DNA of 62,399 nt, filler included, from Candidatus Zhuqueibacterota bacterium (GCA_016783505.1; 3 parts of 3 records of this genome joined end to end with filler, not necessarily neighbours in it); one strand, 5' to 3'; counted from the whole stretch's first letter, positions 28,821 to 40,085 are shown. Program-made: numbers and translations. The notes: generated by a model not told the origin, from the sequence alone.

Positions 28821-30667
28821 ATCGTGAATTTGTTGTAATAGAGTCAGGAAAAAGCCGCAGTAAATTTGATTTGTTAAATGCTGCCATTGAGAAGGCTCAA
28901 TTTAGAGAATTACTTGAAAAAGTTACGGCCAAAAGTGGAAAAACGAAAGCGGAATTCCTTGTAGTCATCAAGCCCAATTTAGCCATGTTCTTCAAAGAGG
29001 AAGTAACTGGTACCGATCCGGAATTAGTGGAACATCTGGTGGATCTACTCCATGATCTTAGTTACACTAATGTTGTGATAGGGGAAGCACAAAATACGTT
29101 CTATAAATGGCTTCACAATCGAGAAATTCCCAACATTGCACGGGCAATTGGATATAAGTTTACAACTCCAAAAGGCAGGAAATATCAAGTGCATGATCTA
29201 GCCAGTGATTTAATTCCATGCAATTTCCCACCAGAGTATTCACTTTTTGGCACCCCTGTTTCCAAGATCTGGCAGGAGGCAGATTTTCGAATTAATTTTG
29301 CAAAAAACAAGACCCATGAAGAGTATTTTTATACTCTTTGCCTTAAAAATCTGTTGGGAGCTCTCCCTTTGGACGATAAACATCTTCATTATCATAGTCG
29401 GTTAAAGGTTTGGGATGTTTGCCTTGAAGTATATCAGCAATTTCCAGTACATTTCAATATAATTGACGCATATGTTAGCAATCACGGCAATGTCGGTTCC
29501 CAAGTGCTCAATGCCATCGAAACATGGACTGTCATCGCCGGGTATAATGGTATACTTGTGGACTGGATAGGGGCAATTAAGATGGGAATTGACCCTTACT
29601 TATCCCCACTGAATAGGAAGGCATTAAAGCAAATCGGATTGCCTGAAAATTATCAAGTAATAGGAAGTTTGACCCCCTATGAGGGTTGGAAAAATGTCCA
29701 CCCATTGATCTCTGATTCATTTTTACGTCTCGATGAGGCCGAGGCAATTACCCGTATCTTTTGGCCTGCTTCTTTTATTGTTGATAGGCAGGTTTTCCCT
29801 TGGAAAAAGAAGCTGGACAAATGGATTAACGCAATCATCTCTCCGTTTTGGACAAGGGTAGACCGAAACCGGCTTTTTCTATGGTTAATCATTTATATGA
29901 ATTACTTCTTTGTTTGGGTCTTTTTCATGAAGAGGGTATGGCGAACACTTATCAACCAGAAGCAATTGAGACGTAAGGAGCTTCCGATCAATGTGGTTCG
30001 AGACCAATTTAAGGAACAGGATTACGAAGGATTACCTGCGTTTATGAGGCCCCTGGAGGAAATCATCAACTCAATTCCCACAAAAAATGGATCATGTCAC
30101 ACTTTTGTGGATGGAGCCATCTTGCATTATCTGGAGCGAGATGTGGATTTTCCTTTTGAAGAATTTGTAAGCAAAGTGGAGATTCGCAAAACAGTATCCT
30201 ACATGCATGATTACATCGGTGGACGAACGGTCCAGATAAAGTCCGACTCTGAAGGACGATGTATTCATCAGCTTGAGCGAACCGTTTTCTTGTCTCAGCC
30301 AAACAGCTTCATCCTCTTCAATGGAAGCAATATCGACGTTACCAAAATCGAATGGATTAAGTACAGCGAAGGCTTTCAGAAAATAATCTGGAGAACAGTT
30401 TTTAGCGACAATAACTCTGCAATTTATGATGACGGTACGGTGACCTTTGAGCAGCTGGATAACCGGATCCGAATACGGATTATCGTTCACCAAAATTTTG
30501 TCAAACCCCCTGCTCTAAACTGGATAAAGCTGAATAACTTTCCAAGCTTACGACGTTTCTTCATGGTACCTGGCTACCACCATTTCTTTAAAAAGACCAT
30601 TGACAATTATTGTTCTGTTGCAGAAGGAAAATACGAGGCAATTGGAAGACCTTGGATAACAGATTAG
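28817..30667 (+). CDS. DUF362 domain protein with a TM segment and a C-terminal START/SRPBCC-like domain
   Basis: Motifs VVIKPN, TDPELV, AKNKTH, LKNLLG, IIDA and MGIDP. The C-terminal 200 aa are beta-rich and end in a long helix. Confidence 0.7.
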   Translation: MNREFVVIESGKSRSKFDLLNAAIEKAQFRELLEKVTAKSGKTKAEFLVVIKPNLAMFFKEEVTGTDPELVEHLVDLLHDLSYTNVVIGEAQNTFYKWLHNREIPNIARAIGYKFTTPKGRKYQVHDLASDLIPCNFPPEYSLFGTPVSKIWQEADFRINFAKNKTHEEYFYTLCLKNLLGALPLDDKHLHYHSRLKVWDVCLEVYQQFPVHFNIIDAYVSNHGNVGSQVLNAIETWTVIAGYNGILVDWIGAIKMGIDPYLSPLNRKALKQIGLPENYQVIGSLTPYEGWKNVHPLISDSFLRLDEAEAITRIFWPASFIVDRQVFPWKKKLDKWINAIISPFWTRVDRNRLFLWLIIYMNYFFVWVFFMKRVWRTLINQKQLRRKELPINVVRDQFKEQDYEGLPAFMRPLEEIINSIPTKNGSCHTFVDGAILHYLERDVDFPFEEFVSKVEIRKTVSYMHDYIGGRTVQIKSDSEGRCIHQLERTVFLSQPNSFILFNGSNIDVTKIEWIKYSEGFQKIIWRTVFSDNNSAIYDDGTVTFEQLDNRIRIRIIVHQNFVKPPALNWIKLNNFPSLRRFFMVPGYHHFFKKTIDNYCSVAEGKYEAIGRPWITD

Positions 30668-30948
30668 AGTAACATCTTAAATTATCAAACGAAACATGAA
30701 ACTGTGGATGAGTTTCTTAAGGGCAATAAACTGAAAATATCAGATTAATAGTAACTATTGTGATATTTTTGATATATTGGCCGGTTCCAAATTCCCTTGG
30801 GAGGTTTGAACAGTTTAGAGCTGACCCATACGCATTATTCTTTTGGATAGAGGAACGATAGTCATTTTCTTCTATAATAGGCTCAGGGAAGAAGTTATCA
30901 TCCGCACCCCGAAGGCTCGGGGTGCAGTTAGATTATTAACTTACTAAG

Positions 30949-30980
30949 AAAAAAGGCTCCATCTGAAGATGGGGCTTTTT
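30949..30980. terminator. Intrinsic terminator-like hairpin
   Basis: AAAAAGGCTCCATC-TGAA-GATGGGGCTTTTT. Confidence 0.6.
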
Positions 30981-30987
30981 ATTTCTC

Positions 30988-31016
30988 TTGACAATATAAA
31001 ATTTTATATTTATCTT
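30988..31016 (+). promoter_or_regulatory. Sigma70-type promoter of the DASS transporter
   Basis: TTGACA-N17-TATCTT. Confidence 0.6.
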
Positions 31017-31062
31017 GTTTCGTAAGAATTATGGGATGCAAATAGTTGGGTGTTGGCAAGTG

Positions 31063-32598
31063 ATGAGGGAGGTTGTAGAAAAATATAGCCTGCGTCAAAA
31101 GATTGGTCTCGGGTTGGGGGTCACTATCTTTCTGTTGATCCTCATCTGGCCCCGTCCCGAAGGGCTGTCGGCCCCGGCCCAGCGGACGGCGGCGGTTGCC
31201 GGGCTGATGTCCGTCTGGTGGATGTCCGAGGCGCTGCCCTTAGCCGCCACTTCGCTGGTTCCCATCATCCTTTTTCCTTTTTTAAGCGTGCAGCCCGTGG
31301 GAGGGGTGGCCGCTTCCTATGCGGATAAGAACATCTTCCTCTTCCTGGGGGGGTTTTTCATCGCCATGGCTATGCAGCGCTGGGATCTGCACCGGCGGAT
31401 GGCCCTCTGGATCATCCGGCTGGTGGGGACCAATCCCCGACGGATCATCCTCGGGTTCATGCTGGCCACCGCTTTCCTCTCCATGTGGATTTCCAACACG
31501 GCCACCACCATGATGATGATGCCCATCGGATTGGCGGTTATCCTTCATGTCAGAAGAGAAATCCATAGGGGTCAGGGGGAAGGGCTCAAGGGTTTTGATG
31601 CCGCTTTGATGCTGGGGATCGCTTACGCCGCCTCCATCGGGGGAATCGGCACCCTGATCGGCACCCCCCCTAATATCATCTTCGCCTCGGCGGTAAGAAA
31701 CCTCTTCCCCAGCGCCCCGGAGGTGGGGTTTTTCCAATGGATGAAGGTGGGCTTTCCCCTGGTGGTTCTGTTTTTACCCCTTACCTGGGTCTTTTTGACC
31801 CGGGTTATTTTTCCCATCCGATTAAAGCAGATTCCCGGGGGTAGGGGGGTGATCGAAGGGGAGTACCGAAAATTGGGGCCTATGAATAGGGGCGAAAAGA
31901 TGGTGTTAACCGTTTTTTTGACCACTGCTCTGGCCTGGATCTTCCGCCGCCCCATTGATATTGGGGGGTTTACCCTGCCGGGATGGACAACCCTTTTGGG
32001 GGTGGAGAATTTTGTGGATGACGCCACCGTAGCCGTGGCCGCTGCCGTATTGCTGTTCATCCTTCCCGTTGACCTGCCCCGGGGCGAATTTGCCCTGAAT
32101 TGGGAATGGGCCAAGCGCATCCCCTGGGACATTCTGATCCTCTTCGGCGGCGGGCTCGCCTTAGCGAAGGGCTTTCAGATTACCGGTCTGGCCCAGTGGA
32201 TAGGGGGAAGTCTCCACGCGTTGGCCAGTGTGTCCACCCTGCTGATCATCGTCACCGTGGCCTTCATGCTGACCTTTTTAACTGAGATCACTTCTAACAC
32301 GGCTACTGCAAACATCTTTATGCCGATCCTGGGGGCACTCTCCCTCGCCCTAAAAGCCCATCCTTTTCTACTGATGGTACCAGCGACCATTTCAGCATCC
32401 TGTGCTTTCATGCTTCCCGTAGCCACTCCGCCCAACGCTATCGTCTTCGGCAGTGGGGTCATCACCATACCCCAGATGGCCCGGGCGGGGTTCGGTTTAA
32501 ACCTGATTGGCATTGTAATGGTAACTACCTTAACTTACTTGATTGCCATTCCGGTCTTTGGCATCGTCCTCGGGCAGATACCCCTGTGGGTTAAATAA
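31063..32598 (+). CDS. DASS/SLC13 sodium:dicarboxylate (or sulfate) symporter
   Basis: Motifs SMWISNTAT, GTPPN, TEITSNTAT and FMLPVATPPNAI. Start moved downstream of the promoter. Confidence 0.92.
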   Translation: MREVVEKYSLRQKIGLGLGVTIFLLILIWPRPEGLSAPAQRTAAVAGLMSVWWMSEALPLAATSLVPIILFPFLSVQPVGGVAASYADKNIFLFLGGFFIAMAMQRWDLHRRMALWIIRLVGTNPRRIILGFMLATAFLSMWISNTATTMMMMPIGLAVILHVRREIHRGQGEGLKGFDAALMLGIAYAASIGGIGTLIGTPPNIIFASAVRNLFPSAPEVGFFQWMKVGFPLVVLFLPLTWVFLTRVIFPIRLKQIPGGRGVIEGEYRKLGPMNRGEKMVLTVFLTTALAWIFRRPIDIGGFTLPGWTTLLGVENFVDDATVAVAAAVLLFILPVDLPRGEFALNWEWAKRIPWDILILFGGGLALAKGFQITGLAQWIGGSLHALASVSTLLIIVTVAFMLTFLTEITSNTATANIFMPILGALSLALKAHPFLLMVPATISASCAFMLPVATPPNAIVFGSGVITIPQMARAGFGLNLIGIVMVTTLTYLIAIPVFGIVLGQIPLWVK

Positions 32599-32653
32599 TA
32601 CCTATGCTGTTTCCACCTATTATGGGCAGGGTTTTATCCCCACAAATGTTTTT

Positions 32654-32797
32654 GAGTGCGAAGTATGAAGTTCGAAGTTCGAAATGTAAAAGGGTATAGT
32701 AATTACAATGAATAGCTTGGAAATTGCAAATTGGGAGAGGCGACAAAAAATAACTTCACACTTTAGCTCACTTCACACTTCGCATTTTAGATCACTT
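32654..32797. repeat. Inverted 7-mer tandem array pair, with no gene inside
   Basis: Left units (AAGTTCG)-like x5; right units (CACACTT/CGCATTT)-like. Confidence 0.6.
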
Positions 32798-32951
32798 TAC
32801 CCTTGCGTTGAAGCGACACATTTGCTACCCCCATTTATCGTGCCCATATGGCAGGGAATGGCAGGTATCAGTTGGATTAGCGGGACAATTGAATTGATTA
32901 ATATATGGTTTAAACTTTTAATAAACAAATAGTAATTTGATTTTTGATAAG

Positions 32952-32966
32952 TGGCACAAAGTTTGC
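32952..32966 (+). promoter_or_regulatory. Sigma54 (-24/-12) promoter of dnaK
   Basis: TGGCAC-AAAGT-TTGC matches the consensus with correct GG/GC spacing, 58 bp upstream of the ATG. Confidence 0.75.
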
Positions 32967-33024
32967 CTTATTTTTTACGAATAGCAATGTAATGTAAAAA
33001 TTAAACTTAGGAAAGGAAGAAGAA

Positions 33025-34950
33025 ATGTCGAAGATTATAGGAATTGACTTGGGGACAACCTATAGTGTGGTGTCCATTATGGAGGGAGGGGAACCGGTGG
33101 TTATTCCCAACGCCGAAGGAAATCGGACGACCCCTTCAGTAGTGGCGTTTACCAAAACGGATGAACGACTTGTGGGTGGTCCTGCCAAAAGGCAAGCGGT
33201 GACCAATTCTGAGAAAACCATATACAGCATTAAACGGTTCATGGGCCGGAAGCATGACGAAGTGGGTATGGAGATCAAAGAGGTTCCTTTTAAGGTCATC
33301 AAAGGGAAGGGCGGACTGGCCCGGGTTGGCGTTGATGGCAAGGAATACTCTCCCCCGGAGATTTCCGCCATGGTACTCCAGAAGATGAAACAGGCGGCCG
33401 AGGATTATCTTGGGGAGAAGGTTACCAAAGCGGTTATTACTGTTCCCGCCTATTTTAATGACTCTCAGCGGCAGGCCACCAAGGACGCCGGTGAGATCGC
33501 CGGGCTGGAGGTGGTGAGGATTATCAATGAGCCTACCGCTGCCAGCCTCGCCTACGGGTTGGATAAGAAGAAGAATGAGAAGATCGCCGTTTATGACCTG
33601 GGTGGGGGGACATTCGACATCTCCATTCTGGAGCTGGGGGAGGGGGTTTTTGAGGTGAAGTCCACCAACGGGAACACCCATCTGGGTGGGGATGATTTTG
33701 ACCATCGGTTGATTGATTACGTGGCTGATGAGTTTAAGAAAAAGGAGGGGATTGACCTGCGGAAGGACCCCATGGCCCTGCAGCGGTTGAAGGAAGCGAT
33801 GGAAAAGGCAAAATGTGAGCTGTCCACCACCACCCAAACCCAGATCAATCTCCCCTTTATTACAGCCACCGACACCGGGCCCAAGCATCTGGATATGACC
33901 CTTAGTCGGGCCAAGCTTGAGGAGCTGATTGATGACCTCATTCAGGGGTCGTTGGGACCCTGCCGGCAGGCGTGCAAGGACGCCAAAATGAAGCCTGAGG
34001 ATGTTGATGAAGTTATTCTGGTGGGGGGATCCACCCGCATCCCTCTGGTTCAGGAGACCGTAAAAAAATTCTTCAAAAAAGAACCCCATAAAGGGGTTAA
34101 TCCCGATGAAGTGGTAGCGGTGGGTGCCGCCATCCAGGGGGGCATTCTCTCCGGTGACGCCGGGGTCAAGGACATCTTGCTGCTGGACGTAACCCCGCTT
34201 TCCCTGGGCATCGAGACCTTGGGTGGGGTCCTGACCCGGCTCATTGACGCCAACACTACCATTCCAACGGCCAAGACGGAGATCTTCTCCACCGCGGCCG
34301 ATAGTCAGATGGCGGTGGACATCCACGTCCTGCAGGGGGAACGACAAATGGCTATAGACAACAAGACCATCGGCCGCTTTCAGCTGGACGGCATTCCCCC
34401 GGCCCCTAGGGGTATACCCCAGATCGAAGTGAGCTTTGATATTGACGCCAATGGCATCTTAAGCGTCTCCGCCAAGGACAAAGCCACCGGGAAGGAACAA
34501 CACATCAAGATCGAGGCCTCTTCTGGTCTGTCCAAGGAAGAGATCGGACGCATGAAGACCGACGCCAAGTCCCACGAAGCAGAGGATAAAAAGAGGAGGG
34601 AGGAGGTAGATGCCAGGAATGCCGCCGACCAGCAGATTTACCAGACAGAAAAGCAGATTCGGGAGTTGGGGGATAAACTGGACGCTGATGGTAAAAACAA
34701 ATTAGAGGCCGGAGTGGAGCGGATTCGGACGGCTTTGAAGGGCACGGATGTGGGCGAAATTAAAAAGGCCACTGAAGACCTTACCCATATCTGGAGCGAG
34801 GTTTCCTCCAAAATGTATGCCCAGGCCCAGCAGCAGGCAGGCCCGGGCGCTAAAGCCGAAGAGGCCCCCAAGGAGGAACCCAAAAAGGGCAAGGATAAGG
34901 ATAAGGAAGTGGAAGAGGCCGATTTTGAGGTGGTAGACGATGATAAATGA
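33025..34950 (+). CDS. dnaK: Chaperone DnaK (Hsp70)
   Basis: Motifs [31 protein letters not shown] and DVTPLSLG. Confidence 0.98.
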   Translation: MSKIIGIDLGTTYSVVSIMEGGEPVVIPNAEGNRTTPSVVAFTKTDERLVGGPAKRQAVTNSEKTIYSIKRFMGRKHDEVGMEIKEVPFKVIKGKGGLARVGVDGKEYSPPEISAMVLQKMKQAAEDYLGEKVTKAVITVPAYFNDSQRQATKDAGEIAGLEVVRIINEPTAASLAYGLDKKKNEKIAVYDLGGGTFDISILELGEGVFEVKSTNGNTHLGGDDFDHRLIDYVADEFKKKEGIDLRKDPMALQRLKEAMEKAKCELSTTTQTQINLPFITATDTGPKHLDMTLSRAKLEELIDDLIQGSLGPCRQACKDAKMKPEDVDEVILVGGSTRIPLVQETVKKFFKKEPHKGVNPDEVVAVGAAIQGGILSGDAGVKDILLLDVTPLSLGIETLGGVLTRLIDANTTIPTAKTEIFSTAADSQMAVDIHVLQGERQMAIDNKTIGRFQLDGIPPAPRGIPQIEVSFDIDANGILSVSAKDKATGKEQHIKIEASSGLSKEEIGRMKTDAKSHEAEDKKRREEVDARNAADQQIYQTEKQIRELGDKLDADGKNKLEAGVERIRTALKGTDVGEIKKATEDLTHIWSEVSSKMYAQAQQQAGPGAKAEEAPKEEPKKGKDKDKEVEEADFEVVDDDK

Positions 34951-34987
34951 GATGAGGACATGATGTTAACTCGATGACCAGTAAGAT

Positions 34988-35015
34988 AAAGGCGAGAAGC
35001 GTTTCTCGCCTTTTT
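34988..35015 (+). terminator. Intrinsic terminator after dnaK
   Basis: AAAGGCGAGAA-GCGT-TTCTCGCCTTTTT. Confidence 0.8.
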
Positions 35016-35060
35016 GATAGCGGTCATAATCTCCACTTCTGAATTGACTTACGATTAAAA

Positions 35061-35172
35061 CTACAGATTTCACTGATTCCGCAAAGGTTTGACTGTGGAT
35101 TTTTATGCCAAAACGATGCATTATTTAAAGACAATAGTATTTATAATCTGTGAAAATCTGTGTAATCTGCAG
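35061..35172. repeat. Inverted 9-mer repeat mini-element
   Basis: CTACAGATTTCACTGATT ... AATCTGTGAAAATCTGTGTAATCTGCAG, the same family as 4590-4628. Confidence 0.6.
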
Positions 35173-35216
35173 TTAAAAATTTTGATAAATAAATTATCTA
35201 TGCATAGAGGAAAAAT

Positions 35217-37829
35217 AGGAACTTAGAGAAATATACCCTAAAATCCCAGGAAGCCCTGGCCCAGGCCCAACAGATCGCCCGGGATCATAATCACCAACAA
35301 TTGGAAGTGGAACATCTGTTGTTGGCCATGGTCGGGGACCCTAATAATGTGGTGGGCTCGATCCTGAAAAAGTTGGGGGTCCAGCCCGAACCCATAAAAA
35401 AGGATCTGGGGGAGGCCCTGCAACAGTTTCCCAAGGTTATCGGGGGAGCGGGGAATATTTATTTATCACCCGCCTTGAACAACGTTCTGAATGAGGCCCT
35501 GAAGGAAGCCAACAGCCTGAAGGATGAGTACATTAGCTTGGAACACCTATTGTTGGCCATTCTCAGCGCCGGGGGGGCTGCTACTGCCAGGTTGGCCCAC
35601 CAGGGGGTAGATCGGGATGGGGTGCTTAGGGTCCTGAAGGACATTCGAGGGGGGCAGCGGGTTACCGACCCCAATCCGGAGGACAAGTATCAGGCCCTTT
35701 CACGCTACGGACGCGATCTTAACGAACTGGGTCGCCAGGGGAAGCTGGATCCGGTGATCGGCCGGGACGAGGAGATCCGCCGGGTGCTTCAGGTGCTCTC
35801 GCGGAGGACGAAGAACAACCCAGTGTTGATCGGGGAGCCGGGGGTGGGTAAGACGGCCATCGCCGAGGGACTGGCCCAGCGGATGGTGAACGGGGACGTT
35901 CCCGAGAACCTGAAGACCAAGCGCATCGTGGCCCTGGACCTGGGGTCTCTCATCGCCGGGGCCAAATATCGGGGGGAATTTGAAGACCGGCTGAAGGCGG
36001 TGTTGAAAGAGATCGCCAGCGCTGACGGTCAGGTGGTGCTGTTCATTGACGAGCTCCACACCCTGGTGGGGGCCGGGGCTGCCGAGGGGGCCATGGACGC
36101 TTCCAACATGTTAAAGCCGGCCCTGGCCAAAGGGGAGCTGCGGGCCATCGGGGCCACCACCATAAATGAATATCGCAAACACATTGAAAAGGATGCCGCC
36201 CTGGAACGGAGGTTCCAACCCATCCTCATAGACGAGCCCACGGTGGAAGATACCATTTCCATCCTAAGGGGTCTCCGGGAGAAATACGAAGTGCATCACG
36301 GGGTTCGGATCACCGATTCCGCCCTGGTATCGGCGGCGGTGCTTTCCCACCGCTACATCTCCGACCGCTTTCTTCCCGACAAGGCCATTGACCTGATGGA
36401 CGAAGCAGCGTCACGACTGAGGATTGAAATTGACTCCCTGCCCGAGGAGCTGGATGAGGTGGAGCGAAGGATAAGACAACTGGAGATTGAACGGGAGGGG
36501 GTGAAATGGGAAAAGACCAAGGCTTCCAAGGAACGGCTGCAGAAATTGGAAGAAGAAATTGCTAATCTAAAGGATGAAGAGAAGGAACTCCGGGCCCACT
36601 GGCGGCTTGAGAAAGAGGCGATAACCAAAATCCGTGCTCTCAAGGAAGAAATAGAGAAAAATAAAACCGAAGAGGTACGGGCGGAACGAAATGGTGACCT
36701 CAAGCGTACCTCGGAGATCCGTTATGGTGTCCTGCCTGAGTTGGAAAAGAAACTTCAGGCCGAGAAGGGGCACCTCGCAGAATTGCAGAGAGATAAAAAA
36801 ATGCTCAAGGAAGAGGTGGACGAAGAGGACATCGCTGAGATCGTCTCCCGATGGACCCACATCCCGGTCAGCCGAATGTTGGAGGGCGAGCGAGAGAAGC
36901 TCTTGAGGATGGAGGAGCGGATTGCCCAACGGGTGCTGGGTCAGAAGGAGGCTATCACGGCAGTGGCTAACGCCGTCCGCCGGGGGAGGGCCGGGCTTCA
37001 GGATGAGAAAAGACCCATCGGATCCTTTATCTTTATGGGTTCCACCGGGGTGGGAAAGACGGAGCTGGCCCGGGCATTGGCAGAATTCTTGTTTGACGAT
37101 GAGAATGCCCTCATTCGCATTGATATGTCCGAATACATGGAGAAGCACTCGGTGTCCCGATTAATAGGTGCTCCTCCGGGTTACGTAGGTTACGAAGAAG
37201 GGGGCCAGCTCACCGAGGCCGTCCGCCGGAAGCCCTATTCGGTGATCCTGTTGGACGAGTTCGAGAAGGCCTATCCCGAAGTATTCAACATTCTACTCCA
37301 GATCTTAGATGAGGGGAGGCTGACGGATAATAAGGGCCGAACAGTAAATTTTAAGAACACGATCATCATTATGACATCAAACCTGGGTGCCCAGTTGATT
37401 ATGGAGAAGACCCAACAGCTCACTGATGCAAACCGGGAGGAAATCTATCAGGAGATTAAGGATGAGATCATGAGAATGCTCAGGGGAACGCTGAGGCCCG
37501 AATTCCTGAACCGTATTGATGAGGTGGTACTATTTCATTCCCTGACCATGGATGAAATTAAAAAGATCATTAAGCTGCAGTTTAACATCCTTAAGAGAAT
37601 GGTCGAAAAACAGGGGGTTACCTTGCAGCTTGCCCCAGAAGCCCTGGATTTTCTGGCTGGGGTGGGATATGACCCCGCCTTCGGGGCCCGGCCCCTGAAG
37701 CGGGCTATGGAAAGGTTTATCACCAACCCCCTGGCTGAGAAGATACTGACCGGGGAGTTCGCCGACGGGGATCAGGTTTTGATTAAAAAAGATGAAAATT
37801 TGCTTGCTTTTTCTAAATTAAATCATTAA
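35217..37829 (+). CDS. clpB: ATP-dependent chaperone ClpB
   Basis: Two AAA+ modules ([16 protein letters not shown]) and a coiled-coil M domain. The homologous N-terminus [13 protein letters not shown] extends to 35220, with AGG at the expected start position. Confidence 0.95.
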   Translation, partial: RNLEKYTLKSQEALAQAQQIARDHNHQQLEVEHLLLAMVGDPNNVVGSILKKLGVQPEPIKKDLGEALQQFPKVIGGAGNIYLSPALNNVLNEALKEANSLKDEYISLEHLLLAILSAGGAATARLAHQGVDRDGVLRVLKDIRGGQRVTDPNPEDKYQALSRYGRDLNELGRQGKLDPVIGRDEEIRRVLQVLSRRTKNNPVLIGEPGVGKTAIAEGLAQRMVNGDVPENLKTKRIVALDLGSLIAGAKYRGEFEDRLKAVLKEIASADGQVVLFIDELHTLVGAGAAEGAMDASNMLKPALAKGELRAIGATTINEYRKHIEKDAALERRFQPILIDEPTVEDTISILRGLREKYEVHHGVRITDSALVSAAVLSHRYISDRFLPDKAIDLMDEAASRLRIEIDSLPEELDEVERRIRQLEIEREGVKWEKTKASKERLQKLEEEIANLKDEEKELRAHWRLEKEAITKIRALKEEIEKNKTEEVRAERNGDLKRTSEIRYGVLPELEKKLQAEKGHLAELQRDKKMLKEEVDEEDIAEIVSRWTHIPVSRMLEGEREKLLRMEERIAQRVLGQKEAITAVANAVRRGRAGLQDEKRPIGSFIFMGSTGVGKTELARALAEFLFDDENALIRIDMSEYMEKHSVSRLIGAPPGYVGYEEGGQLTEAVRRKPYSVILLDEFEKAYPEVFNILLQILDEGRLTDNKGRTVNFKNTIIIMTSNLGAQLIMEKTQQLTDANREEIYQEIKDEIMRMLRGTLRPEFLNRIDEVVLFHSLTMDEIKKIIKLQFNILKRMVEKQGVTLQLAPEALDFLAGVGYDPAFGARPLKRAMERFITNPLAEKILTGEFADGDQVLIKKDENLLAFSKLNH

Positions 37830-37878
37830 ATTTTCACCCGTAGGAAAAATGCTGTGTTATTATCGGAGGATGTCCCAG

Positions 37879-38280
37879 ATGATTCCCAGATGGTTGCTTC
37901 CAGTTGTTGTTATTGTCCCCCTGTTATTTTTATGGACGGGGTGCGGCAAGAAAATGACGGCCGATGAGATGTTCGCCAAGGCCAACAAGTTTCAGGAGGA
38001 AAGAAACTTTAAAGAGGCGGTACACACCTATGAGGATATCACTATCAAATACCCTAAGAGCGAATTTGCCGCCAAGGCTCAGTTTATGATCGGGTTTGTC
38101 TACGCCAATGAAATCAAGGATCTTGAAAAGGCTCGCAAGGCCTATAATAGGTTCCTGGAAAAATACTCCGATCTCAGCGATAGCGGGATGGTGTCCTCGG
38201 CCCGGTGGGAACTGGCCAACCTGGGGAAGGACATCAATGAGATTGACATTCTTAACCCTGGAGTTGAACTGCAGGAATAA
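37879..38280 (+). CDS. TPR lipoprotein (BamD/YfiO/CpoB-like)
   Basis: Lipobox WTGC, YPKSEFAAKAQFMIG TPR motif and SD GGAGG. Confidence 0.75.
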   Translation: MIPRWLLPVVVIVPLLFLWTGCGKKMTADEMFAKANKFQEERNFKEAVHTYEDITIKYPKSEFAAKAQFMIGFVYANEIKDLEKARKAYNRFLEKYSDLSDSGMVSSARWELANLGKDINEIDILNPGVELQE

Positions 38281-38425
38281 TCCCAACTTTTAGATAAAGA
38301 AAAACCGATCTGTTTCATTCCCTTTTTTTAGAATGGTGACATTTCGGTTTTTTTTGCATTGATCCCTAACAAGAAATTACATTCTGGATGATTACAGGTT
38401 CATTAAAACCTTTGATAATTTTTAT

Positions 38426-38615
38426 CCCAGATTCGGAATTTTACCCCTCAGTCGGACGTCTGGCTGAAAACCGATAAATCTGTCAGGCGCCAGACTAATC
38501 GGTTGAATGTATTCTTTTGTATTTAATACCCACCCCGAGTATTCGCGGTGGGTTTCTTTTCTTTAGGATTTGAACACCTTGTGCCAACATAATAAGTAAA
38601 TTATCCAAATCTGGG
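38426..38615. mobile_element. Putative MITE
   Basis: Imperfect terminal IRs CCCAGATTCGGAATTTTAC / GTAAATTATCCAAATCTGGG, no ORF, internal nested palindromes. Confidence 0.45.
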
Positions 38616-38715
38616 CTTAGAAGATGATACTTTTACATTAGAAACAATCCTCGAAAGTTCTTAGGCCGTTTAAAAAAAGCTAGCTTGCAATAAACTGGCT
38701 TTTTTGTTTAATGGC

Positions 38716-38744
38716 TTGACAATTAAATTTTTTAATGTTAAATT
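38716..38744 (+). promoter_or_regulatory. Sigma70 promoter upstream of the moxR-bat operon
   Basis: TTGACA-N17-TAAATT with an extended -10 TG. Confidence 0.55.
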
Positions 38745-38860
38745 AAAATATAATTTATTTACATTGACATTTCCGTTGGAACTTTTAGACTAAATAAAAG
38801 TTGTAAGATTTAGAAGACATTATTGGCAATCCCGTAAAAAGGTCTATCCTGAAGAATAGA

Positions 38861-38922
38861 AACCGTTAAAACGGTTATGAGCCTTTTTTTATTTGTCTTA
38901 AGCCCCCGACTCAAGTCGGGGG
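38861..38922. repeat. Solo REP-like doublet matching the ends of the tnpA element
   Basis: AACCGTTAAAACGGTT plus AGCCCCCGACTCAAGTCGGGGG; compare 48983-49045. Confidence 0.65.
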
Positions 38923-38973
38923 TTAACTTGGTTTTTCCAGTGGGATTATTATTTCTTTTTGTAGAGGAGAATC

Positions 38974-39963
38974 ATGAATAAGGACATTCAGGTTATCAAT
39001 GAGACGATTAAAGAACAGAGTGCCTTTGTGGACAAATTGGTTTCCGAGGTGGGCAAGGTCATCGTGGGTCAAAAATATATGGTGGAAAGACTTCTGATCG
39101 GGCTTCTGTCCAACGGACACATTCTTCTGGAAGGGGTGCCCGGGCTGGCCAAAACCATGGCGGTCAAAACCCTATCGGCGGCCATCAAGACCAAATTTCA
39201 AAGGCTGCAATTTACCCCGGACCTGCTGCCCGCCGACTTGATCGGAACGTTGGTTTATAACCAGCATGACGGAAAATTTACGGTCAAGAAGGGACCCATC
39301 TTTGCCAACCTGATCCTGGCCGATGAGATCAACCGCTCCCCGGCCAAGGTGCAGTCGGCCCTCCTGGAGGCCATGCAGGAGAGGCAGGTAACGATTGGTG
39401 AGAATACCTTTAAGCTCGACGAGCCCTTTCTGGTCTTAGCAACCCAGAACCCCATCGAGCAGGAGGGGACCTATCCCCTCCCGGAGGCCCAGATAGACCG
39501 CTTCATGCTGAAACTGAAAATTACCTATCCCAACCAGGGCGAGGAGCTGGAGATTATGCGTCGAATGGCGCGGATGGACGGGATAAAAGTGAACGCCGTC
39601 GTTTCCCCAAAGGATATCCTCAAGGCCCGGAAGGCGGTGGATAGCATCTATTTGGATGAAAAGATCGAAAAGTATATTCTGGATATCGTCTTTGCCACCC
39701 GAAATCCGGAGGATTATGGGCTGGAAGATCTGAAGAGCCTGATTGCTTATGGTGCCTCACCCCGGGCCTCTATTTATCTGGTGATAACATCCAAGGCGCA
39801 CGCTTTCTTAAAGAAACGGGGGTATGTGATCCCAGAAGACATCCGGGCCATTGGGATGGACATCCTCCGCCATCGAATCATCGTCACCTATGAGGCGGAG
39901 GCCGAGGAGGTGACTTCGGAAGACATTGTTCAGAAAATATTCGATACGATTGAGGTGCCTTAG
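38974..39963 (+). CDS. moxR: MoxR family AAA+ ATPase
   Basis: Motifs EGVPGLAKT, QFTPDLLPAD, DEINR and ATQNPIEQEGTYPLPEAQ. Confidence 0.95.
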   Translation: MNKDIQVINETIKEQSAFVDKLVSEVGKVIVGQKYMVERLLIGLLSNGHILLEGVPGLAKTMAVKTLSAAIKTKFQRLQFTPDLLPADLIGTLVYNQHDGKFTVKKGPIFANLILADEINRSPAKVQSALLEAMQERQVTIGENTFKLDEPFLVLATQNPIEQEGTYPLPEAQIDRFMLKLKITYPNQGEELEIMRRMARMDGIKVNAVVSPKDILKARKAVDSIYLDEKIEKYILDIVFATRNPEDYGLEDLKSLIAYGASPRASIYLVITSKAHAFLKKRGYVIPEDIRAIGMDILRHRIIVTYEAEAEEVTSEDIVQKIFDTIEVP

Positions 39964-40019
39964 TCCGCTGTCAGCGATCCGCTGTCGGCAGTCCGCTGTC
40001 AGCTATCCGTTTTCAGATG
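39964..40019. repeat. Left arm: eight tandem heptamers (TCCGCTG/TCAGCTA type)
   Basis: TCCGCTG TCAGCGA TCCGCTG TCGGCAG TCCGCTG TCAGCTA TCCGTTT TCAGATG, starting at the first base after the moxR stop. Confidence 0.85.
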
Positions 40020-40085
40020 TAATCATTTAACTTTTTGGGGAAGAACCCGTAGGTTATAAAAAACCTATCCAAGAAAGGATAAGCT

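Noticed and set aside
30770-30980. Possible riboswitch upstream of the DASS transporter
   Set aside because: The hairpins lie upstream of the predicted promoter, and no known aptamer consensus was recognised.
33136-34347. 403-aa antisense ORF within dnaK, and similar shadow ORFs in clpB, ade, pepT and the S9 peptidase
   Set aside because: Antisense shadows caused by codon bias in well-supported genes.
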